Assembly: GCA_903908555.1 (NCBI GenBank)
Contig: CAIVSG010000206.1
Span: 1 to 62,117 of the forward strand
Length of the DNA stretch: 62,117 nt
Reading direction: 5' to 3'
Source of the DNA: an uncultured Chlorobiaceae bacterium
GTDB lineage: Bacteria; Bacteroidota; Chlorobiia; Chlorobiales; Chlorobiaceae
Positions 40,518 to 51,713 of this stretch are shown piece after piece. The notes beneath the pieces are model-generated. The model was not told the DNA's origin. It did not search any database and saw nothing but the letters and a program-made list of their open reading frames with translations. The stretch's first letter is position 1. Each line of letters opens with the position of its first letter. The position numbers were made by a program, and so were the translations under genes.

Positions 40518-41044
40518 CGGCCATCAGTCCATTGACGCCAGCCAGAGGGCCGGAAGACCGTAAAAAGAGCTTCACCAGCGACTGCCCTTGTTTCCCTTTA
40601 CTGGTCGGTTGTCATGTTTTTTGCCGGGTCAAGATGGGAGCAAAAAAAGTCACGCCAACCACCTGATTCATTCCACTTCATTCAGTACAGTGCTTAAGAA
40701 AAACGGCTGCAGTACAGCCTCAGAAGCATGGTGCTAAACTGCCGGAAAATACCGGATCAGTTCACCACTCCCCTCCCCTGTCACGCCTTCCTGTAAGGTG
40801 GCTTACAAGAGTTGCTGTCATAGCCGGCCAAGGCCGGGACAAAAGAAATCGATCCACCCCGGAGGGGACGGCAAGGATAGGTCAGTTTGCCTGTTTTGTG
40901 CAAGGGCCGTTCGCTTCCGCTCTTCGTTTGTGCAGCTCTCTGTTCTCCCCTGCGCAAAAAGTTTGCCTGCCCGCGGTTCAGCCTCTGTCCCCCCGGGGAA
41001 TGACTTGAAAGACAAACTTCTTGCAACCAAATATGTTTACCGCC
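40518..41044 (+). repeat. Conserved upstream stem-loop element, copy 2 (candidate ssDNA promoter)
   Basis: Homologous to 23455-23825 with an extra internal segment; directly upstream of radC. Confidence 0.75.
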
Positions 41045-41536
41045 ATGTCACAGACTCTTACTCTCCCGCTCTTTACTACAGAAGTAACAACAGTTGCTAT
41101 TCCACGCTATCACATTAAACTAGTTAAGGAATCCGAGATTTATTATGAGCAGAAAAAAATCAATGGCGCAAAAATGGTGTATGACTTTCTTCTGGCAATT
41201 GGACTGCACGAAAAAGCAGGAGAAGAGTTTCATTCCTTTTACCTAAACACAAAAAATCAGATTATCGGCATGGAGATGATCAGTAAAGGTACACTGAATG
41301 CTTCATTAGTCCATCCCAGAGAAGTTTTCAAAGGGGCACTTCTGGCAAACGCAAACGCTCTGATTTTGGCACATAACCATCCCTCAGGAGATGTTGAACC
41401 AAGCGAAGCTGACAAAAAAGTAACAGCAATGCTTGTAGAGGCAGGCAAACTTCTGGACGTGAAAATATTGGATCACGTTATTATCGGCAGCAAGGGAGGG
41501 TTTTTCAGTTTTAATGAATCCTCGATGATCAATTGA
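41045..41536 (+). CDS. radC: RadC-like JAB domain protein
   Basis: GTLNASLVHPREVF, AHNHPSGD..PS..D, LDHVII; start may be 41033. Confidence 0.92.
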   Translation: MSQTLTLPLFTTEVTTVAIPRYHIKLVKESEIYYEQKKINGAKMVYDFLLAIGLHEKAGEEFHSFYLNTKNQIIGMEMISKGTLNASLVHPREVFKGALLANANALILAHNHPSGDVEPSEADKKVTAMLVEAGKLLDVKILDHVIIGSKGGFFSFNESSMIN

Positions 41537-41546
41537 TAAAAAATCG

Positions 41547-41577
41547 GGCCCGGCTTGGCCGGGCCTTTTCCTTTTTT
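41547..41577 (+). terminator. Intrinsic terminator
   Basis: GGCCCGGC-TTG-GCCGGGCC followed by a T-rich tail. Confidence 0.8.
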
Positions 41578-43165
41578 GCGAGTGAATGGAGGCAAGACCA
41601 GAATAACTACGGTGATAGTGTTAATCAGGTAGATCAACTTTCGAAAGGTAAGAGTTCGTGGAAACTGGTTGATAAAAAACACAAAGTTTCATTCATTCAT
41701 TACTACAATACCACATATTGTATAACATACGATATAGATATCTTACAATATAGATCAGGAGAGCATCAATAATAATACGTTTTAATAAAAGACGTTATCA
41801 ATTATAGCTAAGGAGTACTTCCATAAATCCCAAGCCATTGAAAAGCGTTTTTCTGAACAGCGCAAGCGTTACCATATGCAGCAATGCATTCTGTTCTTCA
41901 TCCCGTAGAAAGCACTCTTCCATCAATAAAAGAAGCCGCGAGGTCGTTGGATGAACATGCCAACCTCCGGCAATCAAAACCTGGATATCACGGTATCGAC
42001 TGGCATTTTCCCAGTCAACTCCACGTAAAATGATAACATGAAGTCTTTTGTCAATAACAAACCCCGTTTCCTGAAGTGCCAGGGTACTACCTTCGCTTCG
42101 ATCCGGATGCTGGCATCGGTATACTCGATATCAATTGCACTAAGAATCATGGGGCTTTCAAGTGGTCGTCACTTATCGATGCACTGTTTCAGGGCATCAA
42201 TCTCGAAAAGCATAGCGTTATAGTCTTTCTTATTCCTTTTTTTTGAACAGGAAGATATCCCCATATGGTAATTTCAGGACTCCCCCACTCCCCTGCTAAC
42301 CCGTACGATGCAATATATTTTGCAGAAGAGCACATCCTATAACTTTGGTAGACATTTCCCATGACCTTGTTTTGATAACAAGAAAACAAGGGATTCCAAT
42401 TGCGTTACTCCCTAGGAGTCAATAGACGATGGTCGAATACCGGACAGACTTTTTCATGAGTTTATTAAAGCTATCCTCAATGATATCAAATGGTTATAAA
42501 AGATTGTTTACATGCATACAATCTATATCTACGTATATCAGCATATACCACAATATATATTGATAGAATTTAATTACCCTCTTTACGAGAATTGAAGGTA
42601 CTGAAAAGTAGACCTGCGAGCTGAATCGCCACTCCCCTTCTTCCTGGCTATCCGGAAATAATATCAAAAATATTGTTAGCAATATATATTGCCGTATTTG
42701 CGGTACTACTGAACCAGTTGTCGAACATGACGCCAAGCATAAGGCAATACCGCCTTAGCTATGAATTATTGCTATATATTATTTCTTCAATCATTACCAC
42801 AATACTACACTCCATCATTCTTACATAACATACATCTATATTGTCTTCATTCCCGAATATCCCCAGCAGGCCATTCGCCCTGACTAACCAGCTGAGAAGG
42901 GGAGTGAGGGCACAGCAACCCAAGCTCTTGTCTCAGCGGTAAAGCGCCCATCTTCTCCTGCAGGACTGGACACAAGAAGGCAATCTGTATTGTAAGATTG
43001 TAATATTGCTATATACAAGACATTCCGTAATAATGCCGTTCTGTACAAACATATTGTACGATATCTTTATAACCTAATTAATGTCTTGTAACATAGATTT
43101 ATTGTCATTATGTTGTACTTATTACATATCTGCTTTCATTCATACAATCAATCTTTCATGCTACG

Positions 43166-43798
43166 ATGAAAACCATAGCCTTGATATCCCAGAAAGGTGG
43201 TGCAGGGAAGACTACACTGGCACTCAACCTGGCCGTAGCTGCTGAGCTTCATGGGCATTCTTGTGTTGTTATTGATCTTGACCCTCAAGCAAGCGCAATG
43301 GGTTGGCAGGATACGCGAGAAAAAGAGACTCCCGTTGTGATCTCTGCGCAAGCAGTCCGAATCAGTGAAATCCTGCAAACCGCCAAAGAGCATGGCGCTG
43401 ACATAGTCATTATTGATACCGCTCCACACTCGGATTCAGCAGCTCTACAGGCAGCGAGAGCAGCGGATTTGGTGATTATCCCATGCAAGCCGTCTATCCT
43501 TGATCTGCGAGCTATTGCAACCTCTGTTGACATCGCATCAATGGCAAAGAAACCAGCGGTAGCTATCCTTAATTCTGTGCCACCAAGAGGGTCTCTGACC
43601 GAGGAAGCCCTTGAAGCCATAAGAAGTTACGGGCTTGAAATTATTCCTGAACATTTGGGCCAGAGGGCAGCATTCGTTCACTCTTTAACCGTCGGGCAGG
43701 CGGTGCTTGAATATGAACCTTCAGGGAAAGCTGCTCAGGAAATAGAAAGTATTTACAAGTGGATCTGCCGGTTTATCGGCATGAAATTAAAATCCTAA
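43166..43798 (+). CDS. parA: ParA-family partition ATPase (short, type Ib)
   Basis: SQKGGAGKTT, DLDPQ, IDTAP; 210 aa. Confidence 0.92.
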   Translation: MKTIALISQKGGAGKTTLALNLAVAAELHGHSCVVIDLDPQASAMGWQDTREKETPVVISAQAVRISEILQTAKEHGADIVIIDTAPHSDSAALQAARAADLVIIPCKPSILDLRAIATSVDIASMAKKPAVAILNSVPPRGSLTEEALEAIRSYGLEIIPEHLGQRAAFVHSLTVGQAVLEYEPSGKAAQEIESIYKWICRFIGMKLKS

Positions 43799-43810
43799 AA
43801 GGAGACCGTC

Positions 43811-44101
43811 ATGGTAAAAAAACCAAGTCTTGCAGCAGCTTTGCGACAGTCATCAGAACCTCAAACGGAAACTGGTTCAACCAGGAAAAAGTCCGCGAAT
43901 ACTAATGAAGAAACAAAAGCTGCATCAGGTACACCATCAAACCGTATTGGAAAGAAATCTATTACCGGTTGGTTTGATGCTGATGTTTTGAAACAGCTAA
44001 AAATGATCGGTCTGGAAACCGATAAATCGATTCAACAAATGGTAGGGGAGGCTCTTAATGATTTTTTTGCAAAACACGGAAAATCACAAATCGCCCGATA
44101 A
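43811..44101 (+). CDS. Ribbon-helix-helix partition protein (ParG-like)
   Basis: Follows parA; disordered N-terminus and KKSITGWF..VLKQLK..EALNDFFAKHG. Confidence 0.75.
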   Translation: MVKKPSLAAALRQSSEPQTETGSTRKKSANTNEETKAASGTPSNRIGKKSITGWFDADVLKQLKMIGLETDKSIQQMVGEALNDFFAKHGKSQIAR

Positions 44102-44635
44102 ACCTGAACGTCTACCGGAATGATTAAAAAATGAATATTTCAGCTTGAATAGACCGCCATTCATAGAATGAACAGGCAATAATACAGATTGAAACTGGAG
44201 TAATCAGTAGAATACATTGAAAAATAATTACAGGACCAAGAACAGGGGAGTGGGGGAGTCACTGCTAAAATTGCTGATTGATAAATATTCTTTATCCTTC
44301 TATTATAAAAGAGGTTGTTACTCTAATACTCTTTTCTTGATCAGCTAAAAAGTGCCGTTCTTTTGCTTAGAATGAAATTTTAGGGATATTGTAAAAACAA
44401 ATTTCAAGATGAGCAGCAGGATACATTTTGCTCTGCATTTGGTTCAGCAAGTTGGGTGCAAGCATCGGAAAAACATCGCTCTTGAGATGCTCCAGAAGAG
44501 TCATAGCACCCCAATGAAAGGATTATGAAATAGCAGTTCAATAACCATCAGATCCCTCATGATTTACAAAAATGGTTACCTGAACGAGTCAGATTTCTTT
44601 TAATCCGGAACAATTGACCCGGCAAATTGAAAACG

Positions 44636-45502
44636 ATGGGAAACAACGACAAACTTGAAAGACTATTTGCTGAAGCTGTCTCAATAGAGGCAGAATCCGC
44701 TATAGATGCTGGTGCCCTTAGCTATATGGCCCGCTCAATGGTTATGGCTACTCTGCCGCACCGAAAAGTTGATGGCAATGAATTTGTCAGAAAAAATGGT
44801 GATTTCACCCTTTCATTGATGGCCCCATCGCATATAGGTCTGCCATACGGATCCATACCACGCCTTCTTGTGGCTTGGGTAACAACTGAAACCGTACGAA
44901 CAAAAGAACGCGAGCTGGTGCTCGGAGAGACATTAAGCGAATTCATGCGTGCCCTTGATCTGGTTCCTACAGGCGGACGATGGGGAACAATCACAAGGCT
45001 GAAGGACCAGATGGCAAGACTTTTTTCGTCATCAGTTACCTGCAGTTACGCTGATGGTCGCAGATTTGCTTTACAATCTGTAAAAGTGGTTGATAAAGCC
45101 GCCCTTTGGTGGGATCCTAAAACACCAGAGCAATCGACACTCTGGCAATCAGTGATCGTGCTTGGTGAGCACTTTTTTAATGAAATCATGGAAAGCCCGG
45201 TTGCTGTTGATATGCGTGCGCTGAAAATCCTTAAGCAGTCTCCGATGGCACTAGATATCTACACGTTCCTCACTTATCGTATGAGCTACCTACGAAAATC
45301 AACTGTTATTCCATGGGAATCCTTACAAAACCAGCTTGGATCGGATTACGCAAAAACACCTGAAGGATTGCGAAACTTCAAGAAAAAATTCCTCCGGCAA
45401 TTAGCAATGGTTCGTGTTGTCTATCCAGACGTCAATATAAGCCCAAGTGATAACGGCTTGTTGTTAAAGCCAAGCAAAACTCATGTCAAAATGCTGCCAT
45501 AG
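44636..45502 (+). CDS. repA: Plasmid replication initiator (RepA_C family)
   Basis: MATLPH, GLPYGSIPRLL, TGGRWG.ITRLKDQM.RL, SPMALDIY; followed by iterons. Confidence 0.88.
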   Translation: MGNNDKLERLFAEAVSIEAESAIDAGALSYMARSMVMATLPHRKVDGNEFVRKNGDFTLSLMAPSHIGLPYGSIPRLLVAWVTTETVRTKERELVLGETLSEFMRALDLVPTGGRWGTITRLKDQMARLFSSSVTCSYADGRRFALQSVKVVDKAALWWDPKTPEQSTLWQSVIVLGEHFFNEIMESPVAVDMRALKILKQSPMALDIYTFLTYRMSYLRKSTVIPWESLQNQLGSDYAKTPEGLRNFKKKFLRQLAMVRVVYPDVNISPSDNGLLLKPSKTHVKMLP

Positions 45503-45506
45503 AGGA

Positions 45507-47694
45507 ACGCATAATCGGTACCACGTAGAGTACGACATACCCTGCTTTTTTTGCCTGTATACATATCGCTTTTGCATCACATCTTTCCTCGATATTCTCT
45601 CTGCACTATATCGGCTGACTGCAAACCATACCCTTTCAGGTACTCAATTTTTCTACGCATAAACGGAACCGGCAATAACAGAAAAAACCCCGGTGAAAAG
45701 GCCAGCTTTACTGGTGTTTGAGCTGCTTTCTTACGCATAAATGGAACCGGAATAATGGATGAGACCGCTAAACAGACACAGCGATACAACCAGCATCCTT
45801 AGGACTCTCTGAAAAACACAAACAACCCGGAGAGCTGCCGGATGAGAGGGCGATCTCACGCATAAACGGAACCGCTGTTTCAAATCAGGATGAATGAAAA
45901 ATATTTCTTTTTACCCTTCAAACTGCAAAATCCGAATAAACATAAAGGGAACACTCCGGACATGATGCAAAATGCTTTGTGTTTAAGAGCATTGACACAT
46001 AAAAAGAACCTTAGCAGACTCTCAAAATCACTATCAATGCACCATATCAGAGGAAATGTCAGTGTAGAATGACGGTACAGGCTATGAAAATATACCGCCT
46101 GGCAGGGACGCTCTTACTACCACCATTTATAAAGAATTTGTACGCATAAACGGAACCGATGATTGACAAAAGGCATTGCTTTCGAGGCAAGAATATTAGC
46201 AATTCCGTACCGAACAAAATCTTTACTGAAAGATAACCGGCACGCATAAGCGGAACCGCTACGCCACTTGGAAGTATCTGTTTTGAATGGATATTTGATT
46301 GAAAGTTGGTTGACATAAATACGCAAGGATAAACAACAGAAGTGATAGAAAAAAAACAACTTCCAGATTAGTTTACACTTGTCAAATCAAGAAACGTTTT
46401 CACGCATAACCGGTACCGCAAAAATCAACTTACCTGCAAAAAAGGGTCGTTCGACAAGATTTCTGATAGTTAAAAAGTTGATCCGTGGACTTGTGATTGC
46501 GCATAAATGGAACCGCTTTTTTGGGTAGCAATTGATTGTGTTTTAAAGTCAGAACTGAGAGTAAATATCTGCTGCCGAAGCTTGTCAAAACCTTGTTTTC
46601 TGGAAGAAATAGGGCAATTCGGGACGCCACTGTCTTAAGGACAAAGCTACGCATAAACGGAACCGCATAAAACGGACAGCTAATTATAGTTTATCTATCT
46701 ATTTTTTAGTACTTTATGATAAGAATGACAGTAAGAAATAATCTATCAATCTAAAGCCTTTTTGATACGATGAGAATCACCAGGAAACACACTGTCCATC
46801 ACGCATAAACGGAACCGGAGAAAAAATCAAGAATTTATGACTACAAAAGAATCCTAGTGTAACAAAAATGTTGATAACTATGTTGATAACTAGACTTGTC
46901 CACGCATAAAGGGAACCGGATTTTGAACTGATTTACGCATTAACGGAACCAGAACAGCGCATAACGGGAACCGGTATTACGCATAAACGGAACCGGCAAA
47001 GCCTTTTACAGCCTTTGATAGCAACCCTCTTCAGCCTCTACCTGTATTCTCCTGTATGTACCTATATTTATAAGACCTGTAGTAAGAGTCTGAAAAATGT
47101 TGATAACTCTTACTCAGTGGAATAGGATCGAGATGCTGTTTTAATATTTTTGCATGAAAAGGAGCACACAAAACTTTCTTTCAGATGGACCATGTCATTT
47201 TAAAGATTGATTTCACCTCATTCCAAAGGTTTGAAATACAAGAAAAGAAAACGGCTTCGCCGTTTGTAGTTTAAGGGTGAAGATTTCCTGGCCATTCATA
47301 AAGATCAGTAAATGATAAATCTTCATAAACAGGCATAGAATCAATTCTAATTGATTTTCTCACCCTCCGACACCTTTCGATGATCTTTTTTGCTTAGAAA
47401 GGCCATTACCAGCTTCTTTTGGCACATATCAGCCTGTTATCGTTGTTAAAAAGTGTAAGAAAACCATTCTGCTCCAGGAATAATCCTGTCTGGAAAAAAA
47501 CCTCAATGCTGCGACTTCGTTTCTTCATTTGCATCAAAAATCCATTCTGGTTGCGGTAACATATTGCATGTTGTAGGTTTTGATTGAGACAGAAGTAACA
47601 TTCGGGCAGCCATAGTTACAGATGCTATAATTACACGCAAAACCTTTTAAAAAGGCTCCTGTTTTCGCAAAGTCTTTACGCATAAACGGAACCG
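45507..47694 (+). repeat. Dispersed 17-bp direct repeats (iterons), consensus ACGCATAAACGGAACCG
   Basis: Copies start at about 45507, 45655, 45733, 45858, 46142, 46242, 46402, 46499, 46649, 46801, 46902, 46935, 46957, 46979 and 47678. Confidence 0.9.
46865..47110. other. Probable oriV core
   Basis: Iterons at 33/22/22-bp phasing, flanked by DnaA-box-like TGTTGATAA (two near 46869-46890, one near 47098) and an AT-rich tract. Confidence 0.7.
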
Positions 47695-48244
47695 GCAACA
47701 ATCGTTATGGAGTTACTCCTCGTTGGATGAATTAGAAGCAAGAAAAAGATGAGCTTATCCGTTAAAGTATTTTATTGAAAAGTATTACATGCCCCATCCA
47801 TCCAATACGGATTTTATCTTTATGGGGCTGGAGCAAAAGACGTATGCAAAACTTGGGTTTTGCACTGACATGTTTCCATTTCTTTTCTGGTATTATCAAA
47901 AAAGTGTGACAGCCTTTGACATTTTTCTTTGTTGCCCTATCCCTATCAGCTTGCTTGGCTTACACTGAATTGAACAAAAAACCGTCCTTTTGTTTTTTCA
48001 ATTTATTTGCACTTCGCTTCTCACTTATATACCTTGGGTAGGTGAATATTACATTCAATATTGATGTATTGAAAGATATAAGTAATGTCGTAATGTAATA
48101 TTACAAATTATATATCCTTATACAGTAATGAGATAGCGAATAAACCTAAGCTCTTTCTTTTAGCAGAAAGGTAGCTAATGGTAAAAGGGTAGGGTGAGCT
48201 CTTTAATTTGAGGTACAAATCACAACGACAAACGTAAAGAAAGT

Positions 48245-48469
48245 ATGAGAAGTGAAGAGAGAGAATTTTTGGATACCGGCCCGATCATGGCTGGTGTTCT
48301 CATGATAGGGATCCTATACGGCTCCAGTTTTTTTTTAACAGGGTGGGTTTATTATATGGTGTTTTTTTTGGTTGCAGTCTCTACTGAATTTCTCTCTCGA
48401 ATACTTTTTAAACGCGGATTTCTCCCGATCATTTTTCCATTCAAGATTCTGCAGAAGACTGCTCAATAG
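48245..48469 (+). CDS. Small membrane protein
   Basis: 74 aa with two hydrophobic segments. Confidence 0.4.
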   Translation: MRSEEREFLDTGPIMAGVLMIGILYGSSFFLTGWVYYMVFFLVAVSTEFLSRILFKRGFLPIIFPFKILQKTAQ

Positions 48470-48631
48470 TCTCCATGGACACGACAAAATGGTGATGACT
48501 TCCCCATGTTTGAACAGTGTCACAGACTATTGAGATACATCCTTTTTACACATGAAAACTTGAACAAGGTCATCATCATGATGTTCATGATGAAATTCCA
48601 TCACTCTCGTAACACTTACGGATAAATAGTT

Positions 48632-49048
48632 ATGAGAACAGCTGTGCAACTCAGAAATGATCAGCAATTTTTTTCGTATACCATGCATGGCCATTCGGAA
48701 AAAACCACCAAAGGAATGAAAGGCGACATAGTCCTTTATGAGGATGGAGAAATTGTTGCATACATCATTGGAAAAGCTTACAACAAACGGGCATTTATTT
48801 TTGAAACTGATTCAACTCAGGGAACCCACAAAATCCCAGGTGTTTTTCCGGCTGTTCGATTGTTGGTGGAAACTCGTTCAAGAGGGAAGACCCAACGGCT
48901 TCAGAAATATCTCCGTTATGCCCTTCATCAGAAAATCTCACTAGACAAACTTCCAGACGCATTTTATTGCCGATTGAACGCTCTCCTTGAGGAACGCAGC
49001 AGCCATACATCTGATTTTTACCATCTTCTACGGCGGTGGGCGAAATGA
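48632..49048 (+). CDS. DUF2840-like protein
   Basis: IPGVFPAVRLL...LPDAFY.RL pattern; position before traF as in Tn4371-like transfer regions. Confidence 0.55.
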   Translation: MRTAVQLRNDQQFFSYTMHGHSEKTTKGMKGDIVLYEDGEIVAYIIGKAYNKRAFIFETDSTQGTHKIPGVFPAVRLLVETRSRGKTQRLQKYLRYALHQKISLDKLPDAFYCRLNALLEERSSHTSDFYHLLRRWAK

Positions 49049-49563
49049 AACGGTTCTACCCGCTTATGGGAAGTATAGGGGTTCTCTTTTTGTTTATCAG
49101 CACATCAATTCTTGTATCCAAAAAATTCCTGATTTATAACTACACAGATAGCTTGCCTCACGGCATTTATCTGTTGCATTCGGGAGCGATAAAAAAAGGT
49201 GATCTGATAGTATTTGAGCCACCCTTGGCGGTTAGAAAAATTGTTCATGAGAGAAAATATCTCCGAGACGACGGCTATTTAATGAAATACATGGTAGGAG
49301 AGCCAGGTGATTCAGTTTGTACCGATAACGATACTTTTTCAGTGGCCGGCACCATTTTTGGCAAGACACTCCTAACTGATACGACAGGTAAACCGCTTCC
49401 TCGATACTCTTTCTCAGGCCGACTTAAAGAGGGGTACCTTGTCGCCATAAAAGGAAAAAACAACAGCTTCGATTCACGATACTTTGGGCCCATACAGACA
49501 TCAACAATTATCGGAATAGCAAAGCCATTGTGGATTGAAGAAGACTCGAAAATCTGTCAGTAA
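49045..49563 (+). CDS. traF: Conjugative S26 peptidase (pilin maturase)
   Basis: NYTDSLPHGIY, LMK, NSFDSRYFGP. Confidence 0.88.
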   Translation: MKRFYPLMGSIGVLFLFISTSILVSKKFLIYNYTDSLPHGIYLLHSGAIKKGDLIVFEPPLAVRKIVHERKYLRDDGYLMKYMVGEPGDSVCTDNDTFSVAGTIFGKTLLTDTTGKPLPRYSFSGRLKEGYLVAIKGKNNSFDSRYFGPIQTSTIIGIAKPLWIEEDSKICQ

Positions 49564-49639
49564 GATTCCTTTCTTTCCTCGCTATGCCTGCGAAGAATTA
49601 AAAAAGATAGAATACCATAATAATACAGTAAGGGATAGG

Positions 49640-49800
49640 AAGAAGGAAGTGCAAGATAAAGAGCAGTTAACACTCGCCTCGTAAGGCGTTGTTACCGGCT
49701 CGTTTAAGGTGTTAACACGGTGTGTTATGGTGTTCATAATAGATGGTATTAGAATTGCTAAGTTGCTTTATAAATAGAGAATAAGTTGTTAACACTCAAG
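49640..49800 (-). other. Probable oriT (MOBP-type nic)
   Basis: Minus strand TTTATCTTG|C at 49651-49660 resembles the RP4 nic TATCCTG|C; adjacent GTTAACAC repeats; immediately upstream of the relaxase. Confidence 0.6.
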
Positions 49801-49807
49801 GATATGC

Positions 49808-51712
49808 ATGAACTATGATGAAAACCGATTTGAGTTTCGTCCAAAAATAAGTGGTCAAGCAAAGCGTGAAAAGACCCCAAGTTTGAGGGCGTTAAAAGTC
49901 CCCAAAACAATGAATACAAAAAACTGGCGGAGTGCTGCTTATGTAAAACCATCTGCCCAGTTTTCCCGCCGTGTGATCGTGAAAGCTCGCGTTGTGAAAA
50001 TGAATACTTATGGCAGAAAAGCGGCAGCCCTGCACATCACTTATATCGAAAGAAACGGTGTAGAAAAAGACGGCTCACCCGGTCGGCTTTATGGTAAAGA
50101 GGAAGAACTTGACCGGCATGCTTTAGAGCAGAACATCCCAGAAGAAAAAAACCAGTTCCGCTTTATTGTGTCGCCTGAAGATGCTCATGACTTGAACCTC
50201 ACCCAGTATACCAAAGAGCTTATGCAGGAGGTTGAAAAAGATCTTGGTAGACACGTCAAGTGGGGTGCAGTCAATCACTACAACACCGATAATCCGCATG
50301 TTCATATTGTCGTCCGCGGTGTTGACATGGATGGTGTTTTGCTCACTATTGATCCAAAATACATTGGTGAGGGCATGCGGTTCAGGGCACAGGATATAGC
50401 TACCCGAGACCTCGGTTCTAAAACAGAAATAGATATTCAGAACCAGGAAATTGCAGAGATCGGAAAAGGGAAGTTTACGAGCCTCGACCGGAAAATTGCA
50501 GCTCTTGAATTAAACGGAACGGTTGATGTCGGCAGCTATCCTTATGAAAAAATCGGGAGGCTTTCACAATCAAGAATCATGGGGCGCCTTGAAAAACTTG
50601 AGCAGTTTGGCCTAGCCGAAAAAAGCGGGTCTCGGAGCTGGAATTTGCAGGATAACTGGAAAGACAAGTTGTTAAAACTCGGTGAACGACAAGAGATTTT
50701 TCGTTCGATGCATGACGCTGTTGGTGGGGATTCACAAAGATACAGAATCAATGCAACTGGTTCTGAAATACAAGGGAGGCTTGTGAAAAAAGGGCTGGAA
50801 AATGAACTGCACGACAAGTTTTATTTCATTGTCGAAGAGCCTTCCGGACAAGTCAATTATATCTCTCTCGACAAAAACACCAATCAGGAAAGTTTCCGGG
50901 AAGGGGATATCATCACTATAAAAAAAGAACAGGAAAGCTGGTTGAAAAAAGCTGATCTCAGCATCGCTGAACAAGCAAAAAAATCCGGCGGATTTTATGA
51001 TAAGGAAGAGCACTTTCAGCGCCTTACTGGCGACATCATTACTCTTGAAGATGGTAGAAAAGTCAACAAGCGGGATTTTGTTGATGCTCATGAACGACGT
51101 ATACAACGGTTGCAAAGATACCGCATGGTGGAACAGATGCCGAATGGTTCTTGGCGGGTCGATCCTGCACTTGTTGAACGTTTAAAAGATCGGGATAAGT
51201 CAGGCCCAATTGAACAACTGAAAGCCAGTCACGTTTCCACAATGAAAATTCAGCACCAGGTTGAGTATCGAGGGCGGACCTGGATAGACAGATTCACAGA
51301 AAAACCGGATACGCCTGATTTTTCAAAGCATGGGTTAGGGCAGGAAGTTAGACTTGCGGTACGAAAACGTGTCATGTTTTTGAGGGAGATGGGCGTAGAC
51401 CCAATGGATCCAGCCAGAGGAAAAGCACTCGACCGGATCGAACGAACCGATCTTGGCTCACGAATGCAAACGCTACAAGGTGGAGCCTTAAAAAATCTTT
51501 TGCCGGGCGACAAAATAACTGGGGTGATCACGGCGTCTGGAGAGTTGCCCAGCGGCAGAAAATATGCGCAAGTTTATGATCCCAAAGCAAAGGAATTTGC
51601 CCTAGTTCCCTGGCAGAAAGACTTTGAAAAACTTGCAGGTAAACAGGTTGAGCTGATCAACCATGCAGGCAGATATATGGCTAAAGGATTGACAAAAATA
51701 TTGGGACGGTAA
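49808..51712 (+). CDS. MOBP relaxase (VirD2-like with DUF3363-type tail)
   Basis: RRVIVKAR, HITYIER, FRFIVSPED, HYNTDNPHVHIVVRG. Confidence 0.9.
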   Translation: MNYDENRFEFRPKISGQAKREKTPSLRALKVPKTMNTKNWRSAAYVKPSAQFSRRVIVKARVVKMNTYGRKAAALHITYIERNGVEKDGSPGRLYGKEEELDRHALEQNIPEEKNQFRFIVSPEDAHDLNLTQYTKELMQEVEKDLGRHVKWGAVNHYNTDNPHVHIVVRGVDMDGVLLTIDPKYIGEGMRFRAQDIATRDLGSKTEIDIQNQEIAEIGKGKFTSLDRKIAALELNGTVDVGSYPYEKIGRLSQSRIMGRLEKLEQFGLAEKSGSRSWNLQDNWKDKLLKLGERQEIFRSMHDAVGGDSQRYRINATGSEIQGRLVKKGLENELHDKFYFIVEEPSGQVNYISLDKNTNQESFREGDIITIKKEQESWLKKADLSIAEQAKKSGGFYDKEEHFQRLTGDIITLEDGRKVNKRDFVDAHERRIQRLQRYRMVEQMPNGSWRVDPALVERLKDRDKSGPIEQLKASHVSTMKIQHQVEYRGRTWIDRFTEKPDTPDFSKHGLGQEVRLAVRKRVMFLREMGVDPMDPARGKALDRIERTDLGSRMQTLQGGALKNLLPGDKITGVITASGELPSGRKYAQVYDPKAKEFALVPWQKDFEKLAGKQVELINHAGRYMAKGLTKILGR

Positions 51713-51713
51713 T

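Noticed and set aside
41800-42200. Possible decayed gene
   Set aside because: Open stretches on both strands but no recognisable motif or plausible start
45507-47694. CRISPR array
   Set aside because: Repeats are only 17 bp, spacing is highly variable, no cas genes are present, and they adjoin repA with phased copies, so iterons fit better
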